From a virus, in IMG/VR virus record IMGVR_UViG_3300021178_000001, positions 50,256 through 114,255 of that record: a stretch of DNA of 64,000 bases, one strand, 5' to 3'. Positions within the stretch are counted from its first letter, which is position 1, and the number at the start of each line of letters is the position of its first letter. Under the pieces are notes generated by a model that was not told where the DNA came from, made no database searches, and saw only the letters and a program-made list of their open reading frames with translations. The position numbers and the translations under genes were made by a program. This document shows positions 1 to 8,203 of this stretch, piece after piece.

Positions 1-1
1 T

Positions 2-157
2 GGTGGTGCTGGAGCTTCTGGTATAGACGCGATCATTCCAAGTCCAAGCGCAACGTACTCGTACACTGTCGGTACCGGTGGTACTGGTGGCGCCGGAGGC
101 GTCACCGGCGGCAACGGCGCCGCGGGATATATTATAGTGGAAGAACATTATCAATAA
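2..157 (+). CDS. 3' end of glycine-rich tail/fibre protein (partial)
   Basis: Frame 2 reads GGAGASG...TYSYTVGTGGTGGAGG...GNGAAGYIIVEEHYQ*, a typical Gly-rich fibre C-terminus. Confidence 0.7.
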   Translation, partial: GGAGASGIDAIIPSPSATYSYTVGTGGTGGAGGVTGGNGAAGYIIVEEHYQ

Positions 158-186
158 TATCAATCAAATAGAAGAACTAACTTCGG

Positions 187-195
187 TGATATAAT
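187..195 (+). promoter_or_regulatory. Extended -10 promoter TGATATAAT
   Basis: Intergenic motif; the same TGRTAYRAT motif recurs upstream of many genes in the window. Confidence 0.55.
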
Positions 196-216
196 CTATA
201 CGAGGACTTGAAATTT

Positions 217-708
217 ATGAGCGGTAAAATACAGAACGAAGACATCAAGAGCTCGGCCGAGATCGTTACAGCCGGTGGAACTGTAGCTCAGTTGCCCAAC
301 GACTCCAAGATCTACGTGACGGGTAATGGCTTGAACGAACTCTTGTCTTCAGCTATATCCAACGGCGACTTATCTAGATCACTGAGAACGCTAAATTCTC
401 AGACTGGAACTTCTTACACTTTCGTTCTCAGCGACGGTTCCTTGAACGGAACTCAGCCCCTAGTGCTGGGCTCCAACGCAGCGCCTCAAGCTTTTACAGT
501 TCCAACTAACGCTTCGGTAGCTTTTCCAGTAGGCACTCAGATCGATGTGAGTCAAGGCGGAGCCGGTAAATTAACCTTAGTCGCTGCGGGCGGCGTGACG
601 ATCAATTCTAAGGCGGGCAACTTGTCTGCCAGCGCCCAGTATGTGGCTATGACCCTAATAAAGACGGCGACCGACGTTTGGCTCTTAATCGGAGATCTGG
701 GAGCTTAA
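217..708 (+). CDS. Tail fibre-associated structural protein
   Basis: LN.QTGT.YT...D...TVP.NASVAFPVGTQI...Q.GAG...W.L.GDL signature of phage fibre domains; GAGGA RBS before ATG 217. Confidence 0.65.
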   Translation: MSGKIQNEDIKSSAEIVTAGGTVAQLPNDSKIYVTGNGLNELLSSAISNGDLSRSLRTLNSQTGTSYTFVLSDGSLNGTQPLVLGSNAAPQAFTVPTNASVAFPVGTQIDVSQGGAGKLTLVAAGGVTINSKAGNLSASAQYVAMTLIKTATDVWLLIGDLGA

Positions 709-709
709 T

Positions 710-1759
710 ATGTTCTCTGTAGGACTCCTCAGCGGATCTGGTTCTGGTTCTGGAACAAAGTTCGTCTACACGGCGAATGGTAACGCCGTCGGAGCTTTCA
801 CCATTAATCCCTCGACGGGAGCACTGACTTTAGTGGCTGGTGAACCTTTCCCGACCACTGGGACTCCTCGCGGCTTAGCCGTCAACTTCAACGGAAAATT
901 TCTTTACGCGGCTACGTCTAGCAACAACGTCAACGCGTTTCTGATCAATCAGTCTACTGGTTCCTTGAGCGGGATCTCTGGGTCTCCTTTTTCTTCTGGC
1001 AGCGGTACTACCGCGTCGATAGCTTTGTCTCCCAACGGTAAATTCGCCTACAAGACCAACGTTAGCGGCGGCACGGTGTCTTGTTACTCTATCAACCAAT
1101 CGACCGGAGCGCTGAGTTCTGTCTCGGCAGACGTAGCGGTGGGATCAAGTCCGTGGGACGCGGTCGTCACTCCCAATTCCGCTTTCTTACTCGTGGCTAA
1201 CAGCGGCGATAATACTATCTCTGTATTATCCATCAACCCGTCCACCGGCGTTCTCACTCCGGTCTCTGGCTCTCCATTCAGCGGCTCACTGAGTGGTCCA
1301 ACTGGTGTTACAGTTTCTCCCAACGGAAATTTCGTGTATGTAGCTAGTCCTGGAACTGGCAGAGTCAACGCGTTTACGATCAACGAGTCCACCGGTTTTC
1401 TGACTTTCGTGAACTTCTTCTCGGACGGAAGCAGCGGCGTCGGGAACGTCGCCGTTTCCGTAGACAACAAGTTTTTATTCACTAATAACAACGACGGAAC
1501 CTCGTCAGTTTACAGCATCAACCCGTCCACTGGAGCTTTGACCTCCGTTTCTGGTTCTCCATTTACTACGTCGGGAACTAACCCAGTGTCTGTAGCGGTA
1601 TCCTCCAACGGAAAATTCGTCTTGGTCGCCAACAGCGGCAGCGGCAACACTACTGTATTCTCGATAGACCCGTCCACCGGCGCACTGACCCAGGTCTCCG
1701 GTTCTCCGTTCACTACGGGAGCTAACGCGCAGTCGCCCCACGCCGTAGTCGTGTTCTAA
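710..1759 (+). CDS. Lactonase-family 7-bladed beta-propeller, probably tail-associated
   Basis: About seven repeats of SP.GKF.Y.AN...V..F/YSINPSTGALT.VSGSPF. Confidence 0.8.
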   Translation: MFSVGLLSGSGSGSGTKFVYTANGNAVGAFTINPSTGALTLVAGEPFPTTGTPRGLAVNFNGKFLYAATSSNNVNAFLINQSTGSLSGISGSPFSSGSGTTASIALSPNGKFAYKTNVSGGTVSCYSINQSTGALSSVSADVAVGSSPWDAVVTPNSAFLLVANSGDNTISVLSINPSTGVLTPVSGSPFSGSLSGPTGVTVSPNGNFVYVASPGTGRVNAFTINESTGFLTFVNFFSDGSSGVGNVAVSVDNKFLFTNNNDGTSSVYSINPSTGALTSVSGSPFTTSGTNPVSVAVSSNGKFVLVANSGSGNTTVFSIDPSTGALTQVSGSPFTTGANAQSPHAVVVF

Positions 1760-1772
1760 TGGAAACCTACCC

Positions 1773-2015
1773 GTGATCTACACTCCGAGCAACTCCAAAG
1801 GTCTGATTCTCGTGGACAACACGGGGACTCGCATTCCGGCAGTCTACGAGTTCAACGACGAGACCTGTGAGGTCAAGTTCTACCTGATAGGCGACGGTCC
1901 AAGAAAACCACACTTCGCTCGCTCCGGTAACTCGTACCAAGAGGGTTACGACATCGTCAGAGCTTCCGCTGTAATCAAAGGCGCTAAAATGATTCAGAGA
2001 GAGGAGTCTCCATGA
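1773..2015 (+). CDS. Hypothetical protein
   Basis: ORF with ATGA overlap to next gene. Confidence 0.6.
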   Translation: MIYTPSNSKGLILVDNTGTRIPAVYEFNDETCEVKFYLIGDGPRKPHFARSGNSYQEGYDIVRASAVIKGAKMIQREESP

Positions 2016-2413
2016 TCTCGATGCCCGAACTCATTCACGCCCCGATCCCGCTAGAGAGTCTTCCCCGAGACCAGCGGGACAACTTGGCCGTTCTATTGGA
2101 GCGCGTCAATCAGATCCGAGCGCTTTGGGGCAAGCCCATGACCGTCACTTCCGGGTACCGCACTATGGCGGACCACCTCAGAATCTACGCCGAGAAGGGG
2201 ATAACCGATCCAGCCAAGATCCCGATGCAGTCCAAGCACTTGTACGGCCAAGCGGTGGACATTTCGGACCCAGACTTGGCCATTACGGCTTGGTTGAAGG
2301 CGAACCCACAGATCTTAGAGGACGCTGGGTTGTGGTGCGAGGACGGGAATTCAAATTGGTTACATCTGCAAAATCAACCACCTAGATCAGGTAACCGTTG
2401 GTTCTTACCTTGA
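2012..2413 (+). CDS. Peptidase M15A family endolysin
   Basis: VTSGYR, SKHLYGQAVD and WLH zinc-binding motifs. Confidence 0.85.
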   Translation: MISMPELIHAPIPLESLPRDQRDNLAVLLERVNQIRALWGKPMTVTSGYRTMADHLRIYAEKGITDPAKIPMQSKHLYGQAVDISDPDLAITAWLKANPQILEDAGLWCEDGNSNWLHLQNQPPRSGNRWFLP

Positions 2414-2784
2414 GAACTTGCAAAAAATGTAATCAAGAGAAAGATCTAACTAAGTTTGATCCTCACCGCCACACCTGCAGAAAGTGCAGATGCGACTGGC
2501 GCACAGGAGACAAACAACGTTCTAAAGCCTTGAAATATTACTACGGAATTTCCCTAGAGCAATATGACAAGATGCTTGCAAGTCAAAATGGTGTCTGTAA
2601 GATATGCAAAGGACCAGACAACGGTCCTTGGAACCGTTTAGCCGTTGATCACTGTCACGAGACTGGTAAAGTTAGAGGTTTACTCTGCGCCAAGTGTAAT
2701 AAAGGCTTAGGTCAGTTCAACGACAACTCAGAGCTCATCAAAAGTGCAGCTGAATACTTGGTACAATCTAGGGTGAGGACTTAA
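2410..2784 (+). CDS. Endonuclease VII-family (His-Me) homing endonuclease
   Basis: YGISLEQYDKMLASQNGVCKIC...LAVDHCHETGKVRGLLC.KCN.GLG; TTG start overlaps the endolysin TGA. Confidence 0.9.
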   Translation: MRTCKKCNQEKDLTKFDPHRHTCRKCRCDWRTGDKQRSKALKYYYGISLEQYDKMLASQNGVCKICKGPDNGPWNRLAVDHCHETGKVRGLLCAKCNKGLGQFNDNSELIKSAAEYLVQSRVRT

Positions 2785-2786
2785 CT

Positions 2787-3104
2787 ATGAGCATGAAAAT
2801 CGACGGCTACTCCAAGACTATCGCTCTGGCCGCTACTCCAGAGAATCTCGTCGCTGACTCCGGTGACAAGCCTCTCTACGCGAAGAGCGTCCGAATCGCT
2901 TGTCCAGCGTCCAACGCGTCAGACCTAATGATAGGTTCAGTCTCTCGCCAGCAGTTCACCATTCCTAAAGGTACCTCGATAGACCTCGAGCAAATAAACC
3001 GCGCGGGGCAAGCCGGCAAGTTCTCTCTCAAGGACATCTGGGTCAAGGCTGGAACCAACGGCGACGCCGTTCAAGTCTTGGTGTCCGACCCGAGCGCGGA
3101 TTGA
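2787..3104 (+). CDS. Hypothetical protein (possibly virion beta-sandwich)
   Basis: ORF with GAGG RBS and TGGTACAAT upstream at 2759-2767. Confidence 0.6.
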   Translation: MSMKIDGYSKTIALAATPENLVADSGDKPLYAKSVRIACPASNASDLMIGSVSRQQFTIPKGTSIDLEQINRAGQAGKFSLKDIWVKAGTNGDAVQVLVSDPSAD

Positions 3105-3141
3105 TTATTCTCTTAAGTAAACAATTGATTTAAGAGAATAA
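3105..3141. terminator. Inverted repeat between convergent blocks, probable terminator
   Basis: TTATTCTCTTAA-13 nt-TTAAGAGAATAA, perfect 12-bp arms. Confidence 0.55.
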
Positions 3142-3147
3142 CTTCCT

Positions 3148-3444
3148 TCAATCTGGGTTGAACCACCCACATCGCATTTTAAGTAACGTCGATCCTATAC
3201 TTGGAAGTTTTTCAACTGGGGATCCGTCAGAGTAGCACGGAGCACATTGTTGCTCGTCTAATCCTTCTGGTATCTTTTGGTCCGCTCCAACGGAGGTCGT
3301 CGATGGTTCCTCGGGAGGTCTTCCGCTCACTTCGTTGATGATTCGCTTTCCTCGACACGTGGGACACTCTTGAGTTCCAGAGACGCTCATAGGATGCGGA
3401 ACTTGTCCCGTGCCGTCACAGACTGGGCATCTTTGCCAACTCAT
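3148..3444 (-). CDS. Small DnaJ-type zinc-finger protein
   Basis: CPVCDGTG and CPTCRGKR; start placed at ATG 3444. Confidence 0.6.
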   Translation of the reverse strand: MSWQRCPVCDGTGQVPHPMSVSGTQECPTCRGKRIINEVSGRPPEEPSTTSVGADQKIPEGLDEQQCAPCYSDGSPVEKLPSIGSTLLKMRCGWFNPD

Positions 3445-3446
3445 TG

Positions 3447-3602
3447 TTAGTGTTTCTCCGGTTTCACTTCGCGCGGCTCTTTGGGTTCTACGGTGTCGCA
3501 GTAAGTCTTTTGGTTGATCTTCACGCACTCTTTTTTAGAGATGGGAGCGCTGGCACACCCGGTCAACGACGCGACAAACACTAGATAAATCAACGACTTC
3601 AT
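3447..3602 (-). CDS. Small lipoprotein (not in ORF track)
   Basis: MKSLIYLVFVASLTGC-ASAP..., lipobox LTGC; ATGA overlap with upstream gene. Confidence 0.7.
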   Translation of the reverse strand: MKSLIYLVFVASLTGCASAPISKKECVKINQKTYCDTVEPKEPREVKPEKH

Positions 3603-3787
3603 TTTGTCTCCTTCGGTTCTGATCTAGACTCTTTTCTCAAGCTCTTGTCGTAGCACTCGAGGATCAGTTTGCCGTTCTCTCGGCGCTCCAGGACCTTGCA
3701 CTCTCGACCCTCGTACACGAACACAGTCGCGCACCCGCTGACCAGCAAACTGACTAAAAGTAGTGACGCTTTGACACTTCCTTGCAT
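3599..3787 (-). CDS. Small lipoprotein
   Basis: Hydrophobic signal and lipobox VSGC. Confidence 0.65.
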   Translation of the reverse strand: MQGSVKASLLLVSLLVSGCATVFVYEGRECKVLERRENGKLILECYDKSLRKESRSEPKETK

Positions 3788-4020
3788 CTCATTCTCCTAA
3801 GATTCTCGGCATTCTGAATCATGCCTTTCTTGCTCTTAAAAGATACTACTCCGTTCTCGGTCAGGTATAAACTGACTTGTTTCGTGGAGAAGACGTTGAG
3901 TGTGAAGCACGTCGACCACCAGTAATAGAAGAAGAGAGCCTTGAGACGAGACTGAGTTTGGACTTGATTAGTAACTAACCCGTTGTAGACGTCGATTCTT
4001 GAGTAGCTTATGGTCCACAT
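3754..4020 (-). CDS. Hypothetical protein
   Basis: ORF within co-oriented block. Confidence 0.45.
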   Translation of the reverse strand: MWTISYSRIDVYNGLVTNQVQTQSRLKALFFYYWWSTCFTLNVFSTKQVSLYLTENGVVSFKSKKGMIQNAENLRRMRCKEVSKRHYF

Positions 4021-4029
4021 CGAGAGTCT

Positions 4030-4215
4030 CTATTCCTCACAACATATCTCAAAGGTCATCCCCATAGTGTAGTCTACGCGGAATCCTTCCGATTTATAGT
4101 GATCTCTGCAAGAGGCTTCTCGCACGGTTTGCTGATAGCAGACTCTAGTATGCTCGATGGAAGACGAAGAGCATCCCGACAACAAAATGCCGGTCATTAA
4201 AAGTAAAGTCTTCAC
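4030..4215 (-). CDS. Small lipoprotein
   Basis: GTG start overlapping upstream TGA; KTLLLMTGILLSGC lipobox. Confidence 0.65.
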   Translation of the reverse strand: MKTLLLMTGILLSGCSSSSIEHTRVCYQQTVREASCRDHYKSEGFRVDYTMGMTFEICCEE

Positions 4216-4454
4216 TCGTCCTCCCACTCATTTACCTGATATTCAAAAGAATCTCCGGGAAAGTGTCCCGGATCCGCGATCGTAGTTTCCGGCGGTCGCA
4301 TGCCTTCGCTGACTTGAAACGCCAACAACTTAGTCGCCAGGACCTGGTTGAACTCCCGCACCGTCATCATTGAGTAGTTGGGGTACTCCTCGATTTCCCG
4401 CGTGAACTCGAAGATCTTCAGAGCCATCTTGTCGACCATCTCGGAGCGTTTCAT
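4212..4454 (-). CDS. Hypothetical protein
   Basis: GGAG RBS, tight gene packing. Confidence 0.65.
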   Translation of the reverse strand: MKRSEMVDKMALKIFEFTREIEEYPNYSMMTVREFNQVLATKLLAFQVSEGMRPPETTIADPGHFPGDSFEYQVNEWEDE

Positions 4455-4478
4455 TTTGGTCTCCCAGAGTGCACTGTA

Positions 4479-5015
4479 TTAGTGAATAGACTCACACATG
4501 TGATCCAACACGTACTGAGCTTGACCGACCGCGTCGTCTAGAGCGTTGTGGGCAGTTCCAGGAATGACGATCTTGGCACCTTTACCCTGAAAGCGACGGA
4601 AGGTCCTCAAGTCCATGACTTTTGAGTAGCTCCATGGACTCTCGAGACCGTACATCTTGAAGAGGTGATCCATGATGGATACGTCGAACGTCGACCCGTT
4701 GCCCCAGACGTGGGCTTTGGAGTTGTTGGCTTTCATCCACAAAGCGAAGGTCTGAAGCACTTCCGCGGTCGGTTTGGCCTTCTCGTTGAATACTCGCTTG
4801 GCGGCGTCGGCTTGACTCAACCACCACTTGATCGTGGAACCCGTGGGCTTTCGACCTCGCTTGATCTGTTCGTCGACGTCTAGAGCCATGTAGAACGTGG
4901 GTCCCAAAAGCTTCTTCTCTACGTCGAAGAATACAGCACCGATAGAGATCACGGGAGTATCTACATCCACACCCAGAGTCTCAATGTCCACCATACAGTC
5001 ATTAAAATTGCTCAT
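4479..5015 (-). CDS. DEDD 3'-5' exonuclease (RNase T-like phage family)
   Basis: MVDIETLG, WGNGSTFD, DLRT, HNALDDA motifs. Confidence 0.9.
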   Translation of the reverse strand: MSNFNDCMVDIETLGVDVDTPVISIGAVFFDVEKKLLGPTFYMALDVDEQIKRGRKPTGSTIKWWLSQADAAKRVFNEKAKPTAEVLQTFALWMKANNSKAHVWGNGSTFDVSIMDHLFKMYGLESPWSYSKVMDLRTFRRFQGKGAKIVIPGTAHNALDDAVGQAQYVLDHMCESIH

Positions 5016-5017
5016 CT

Positions 5018-5299
5018 TTATTCCTTCCAGTTGACGTGAAATTCTAAGACGGGAACTACTTTACTGTTCTCTAAAGTGCAAGTTCCGGTCTTCTTTAGAC
5101 TTGACTTGTTGGGTGCTCTCGGCGTGTAGTTGAACGCGAAGTAGTCGACGTGGTACTTGTGACTCTTGCGATCGTCCGCAGTCCTGTAAGCCACCGAGGT
5201 ATGCGCCCAAGTCAACTTGTCCGACAAGATCCAACCGATTTGGGAGTCGTCTTTCTGATGTGCAGTTAGAAACAAGAGCAGCGCAGATAGACAAGTCAT
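5018..5299 (-). CDS. Hypothetical protein
   Basis: ATGA overlap with upstream gene. Confidence 0.55.
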   Translation of the reverse strand: MTCLSALLLFLTAHQKDDSQIGWILSDKLTWAHTSVAYRTADDRKSHKYHVDYFAFNYTPRAPNKSSLKKTGTCTLENSKVVPVLEFHVNWKE

Positions 5300-5472
5300 T
5301 CTTTATCCTTTTTTAGAATCTCGTTCTTGGTCTTCACGTACAGCTGAGCGATCTCCACCGACTGCTCTATTGCAGAACGAAACCCCTTCTCATTTTCTCC
5401 AGCCAGAAACGTAGTGGGCATCTTCTTCAAGAAGATCTCGAACGCATACTCTTCAACTTCTGTCTTTTCCAT
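5296..5472 (-). CDS. Hypothetical 58-aa protein (not in ORF track)
   Basis: MEKTEVEEYAFEIFLKK...KDKE*; GGGAG RBS; fills the gap. Confidence 0.65.
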   Translation of the reverse strand: MEKTEVEEYAFEIFLKKMPTTFLAGENEKGFRSAIEQSVEIAQLYVKTKNEILKKDKE

Positions 5473-5483
5473 TCTATCACTCC

Positions 5484-5996
5484 CTAGTGCTCAATGTCAC
5501 TCTTTTGTTTGACCAACTTCTTAAAGTGATCTAAAGCCACTCTGTAATCCAAGTAAGTTTTTAGAGGACTCGGTTTGGGTTCTGAAACTTTCTGATTTAT
5601 GATCTCCTCGGGATCTTTGTTGCCTTGAATGAACATCGACATCAGGTCTTGTTCGACCATGTATAGTCTGAGTACATGAGCGTCGTCGCCCACGTAAGAC
5701 GTCCCGTTCGAGTCCCTCAAGTAACACGCCGTGACCCGCAAGTTGGGGTCCAAAGTGCGGATCCTAGAGAACCACTGAATGGCGACTGCTGCTTCCACTT
5801 CGATGTGGAAGGAGACCATGACGAATCCGGGTCCCTCGTCGTTCGGAGCCACGAGGATCAGCTTGAACATCGGAAGCAGTCCCTCGAAGAACTCGTGGAT
5901 GAACTCGTGTTCCGACTCCGACGCGAGGCCGTACAAGTTCTTGACCTGTTTTACTACTTCCGAATAAATCACAGTTTGTAACTCACTTTGGTCCAT
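5484..5996 (-). CDS. Hypothetical protein
   Basis: Likely start MDQSELQ at 5996; the longer track ORF overlaps thyX. Confidence 0.65.
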   Translation of the reverse strand: MDQSELQTVIYSEVVKQVKNLYGLASESEHEFIHEFFEGLLPMFKLILVAPNDEGPGFVMVSFHIEVEAAVAIQWFSRIRTLDPNLRVTACYLRDSNGTSYVGDDAHVLRLYMVEQDLMSMFIQGNKDPEEIINQKVSEPKPSPLKTYLDYRVALDHFKKLVKQKSDIEH

Positions 5997-6870
5997 CGAA
6001 CATTCCGGGAGTGAACTTGGTGATGTTCTCGTCCTGCAACATTTTACGATACTGAGCCCAACTCTTAAAGTTGCTGGTGTAGTAGGACGCGGCGGTCGAC
6101 TGCGCTTGGTGTTCGGCGGGAGAAGAATGTTTCGGAATACCTCCCAAAAGACGGTCGTAGAGTTTGAGGTCGTCATCAATAGAAGTTTTAATGCCGTCGT
6201 GGTTTAAGTACGAGACTCTCGCACATCTAGCCACCGAACATTTGATGGCGATCGTGATGGCCTCTGCTTCTTCTTGAAGACATGTGATGTCAAAAAGATC
6301 TGTAATTTCTTGTCGAGCGCTCTCGTCTATGAACGGGAGGTGCCATCGACCATACTTTAAAAGTTGGGGTTTACTAGCTTCTCGAACGGCATACATCTCG
6401 TCCGCCAGAGCGTGAATTTCGGGTTGAGCCATTGGATGACACCTGAGAGCAAAGAAGTTGTCCCAGTCCGTCGCAGTAGCCACAACGGTGATGTGGGAGA
6501 ATGGCTCGAGGAGACGATTCGCATACTGCTTATGCACTTCGAGGTTCACGAGAACTTGCGCTTGCATCACTGCCGCGTCTCTGGCGTCAATCCAGGCGTT
6601 GTAAGCTTGCTCTAGTGCTAGACCGTCTAAAGCTTCGCCGCCTTGCATCCCCTTTTGATTCTTGGTGAATGCCAGTGGAATGACTGGGTCATCCAGAACC
6701 ATTTGAATCTGCTTCTTTACTGGAATAGCTCTGGAAGACGAAGCGTTGCGGGAGATCATTCGATGTGTTAAAAATTCGCTGTGAATCAACCGTGGGTAAG
6801 TCAAGACGAACGTAGTGATGCGAACGCCGTCTGGATTAATAGAGTCGGCGATAATTTTTGCTGAGATCAT
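5983..6870 (-). CDS. thyX: FAD-dependent thymidylate synthase
   Basis: THRMISRNASSSRA, KQYANRLLEPF, AQPEI, ARCARVSY, HSSPAEH motifs. Confidence 0.92.
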   Translation of the reverse strand: MISAKIIADSINPDGVRITTFVLTYPRLIHSEFLTHRMISRNASSSRAIPVKKQIQMVLDDPVIPLAFTKNQKGMQGGEALDGLALEQAYNAWIDARDAAVMQAQVLVNLEVHKQYANRLLEPFSHITVVATATDWDNFFALRCHPMAQPEIHALADEMYAVREASKPQLLKYGRWHLPFIDESARQEITDLFDITCLQEEAEAITIAIKCSVARCARVSYLNHDGIKTSIDDDLKLYDRLLGGIPKHSSPAEHQAQSTAASYYTSNFKSWAQYRKMLQDENITKFTPGMFDGPK

Positions 6871-7037
6871 ACTTCCACCGGACCATAGGTTATTTGATCA
6901 AACTCTTCTTTAACTACGTCGTCTTCAATCAGACCAGAAAGACCCTCCATCATTTCTTCTGCTTCTTCCAAAGTTTCGGCATGAACTCGAACGTCGACCC
7001 AAACTATCTTAGCGACTTGTCCTTCAAAAATTTTCAT
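6867..7037 (-). CDS. Small acidic hypothetical protein
   Basis: V.AETLEEAEE motif common in phage mini-proteins; ATGA overlap with thyX. Confidence 0.6.
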   Translation of the reverse strand: MKIFEGQVAKIVWVDVRVHAETLEEAEEMMEGLSGLIEDDVVKEEFDQITYGPVEV

Positions 7038-7038
7038 A

Positions 7039-7302
7039 CTATTTCCCCAACACGGCAACGCGACGGTAAAATTCTTTCAACTCGTTAGAGCGACCCAAGC
7101 AGTGGTAGACCATTTGAGTCAAGAGTTGACTGCGGTTCAGACCAGACTTTTCGCACAAGTCTTCGAAATCGATCGCGGCTTTGCCTCGGATGGTCGTAGT
7201 GCAAGTGAGTTTGTTGTCGTCGCGAACGTGCGGACTCACTTTGGGAAGTTCGAACGGAGCGAACTTGCCTTTGGGGTCATCTTTTTCTTGCTCTTTACTC
7301 AT
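7039..7302 (-). CDS. Ribbon-helix-helix (CopG-like) DNA-binding protein
   Basis: TTTIR...FEDLCEKSGLNRSQLLTQMV. Confidence 0.6.
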   Translation of the reverse strand: MSKEQEKDDPKGKFAPFELPKVSPHVRDDNKLTCTTTIRGKAAIDFEDLCEKSGLNRSQLLTQMVYHCLGRSNELKEFYRRVAVLGK

Positions 7303-7900
7303 TTTCGATCTCCTTTAAAACTCTCTCAAATTCTTTCATGAACATTCGTTTAGCAGTCATCGGACTAACCGGAAACAACGGGTGCACTAAGTACTTTTTA
7401 GACTCGTAAGACTTTATGATATCCCACTGGCTGATGTCTTCAAACAACAATTTAGCTTCAGTAGAAAGAGCTATCAAATCCGCGGTCTTTACTCTCGCTA
7501 ACGTTCTCTCGTCCCATCGGATCTTGAACTTCTTCGCTATCTTGACGGCCAGTTGTTCCTCCAACTCTTTGAACTGCGGGAGCAAGTCTTTTAAAGGCGT
7601 CGTTATGTCACCCACGTATGCCTCGGTCGCGTCGTGCAGCAGTCCCGCCCAGATAGCGTTGGTGTCTTGCGGATATGCGTCTCGGATGATCCTAGACACT
7701 AGGACAGAGTGTTCGGCCACTGAATAAAAACTCCGACAGTGCCCAGAAAATCGGCACAAGTTTGACAAAGCGTGGGCTATGTCGTCTACGACTACGGCGC
7801 TCAGTTTACCCACTTTGGGGTCGAAGTGCTCTCCGTTTCTAGTCTGGACACAGAATCCCCGGTTTAACTTAACTTTTGTCGTCTTCTTTCGATTTGTCAC
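7295..7900 (-). CDS. HD-domain phosphohydrolase (YfdR/YfbR-like deoxynucleotidase)
   Basis: DIAHALSNLCRFSGH..FYSVAEHS, LLHDATEAYVGD, KTAD; GTG start with GAGGAG RBS. Confidence 0.88.
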   Translation of the reverse strand: MTNRKKTTKVKLNRGFCVQTRNGEHFDPKVGKLSAVVVDDIAHALSNLCRFSGHCRSFYSVAEHSVLVSRIIRDAYPQDTNAIWAGLLHDATEAYVGDITTPLKDLLPQFKELEEQLAVKIAKKFKIRWDERTLARVKTADLIALSTEAKLLFEDISQWDIIKSYESKKYLVHPLFPVSPMTAKRMFMKEFERVLKEIENE

Positions 7901-8162
7901 AGTCGAACTCCTCGAGACGCTTTTCAAGTCCCGGTCTAAAATGTTTTATGAAGTCCAGGCGCCACTCGTCTTGCGTCATCATCTTTGAACTCTTCTCCTC
8001 GACGTGCTCCCTCCGCGGGCGCTCCGGCTTCATGATGTTGTCCAACTCTTGGCGCAAAGCTCTATTTTCTTTGCGCAGCTGGTTCAACATCGACTTTAAG
8101 TCCTTTACAGTCTCTCTCAACCTACGTTCACCGTTCTTCGGGTAAGTCACGCTGCGCCTCAC
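7869..8162 (-). CDS. Hypothetical coiled-coil protein
   Basis: Heptad pattern; RBS and TATAAT upstream. Confidence 0.6.
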   Translation of the reverse strand: MRRSVTYPKNGERRLRETVKDLKSMLNQLRKENRALRQELDNIMKPERPRREHVEEKSSKMMTQDEWRLDFIKHFRPGLEKRLEEFDCDKSKEDDKS

Positions 8163-8203
8163 TTAGATCCCTCTTTCAACTTATTATAGAGTATCACGCC
8201 TCT

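Noticed and set aside
7295-7900. DatZ-type dATPase indicating a 2-aminoadenine genome
   Set aside because: Motifs fit the common YfdR-like family, and no purZ or other base-modification gene is in the window
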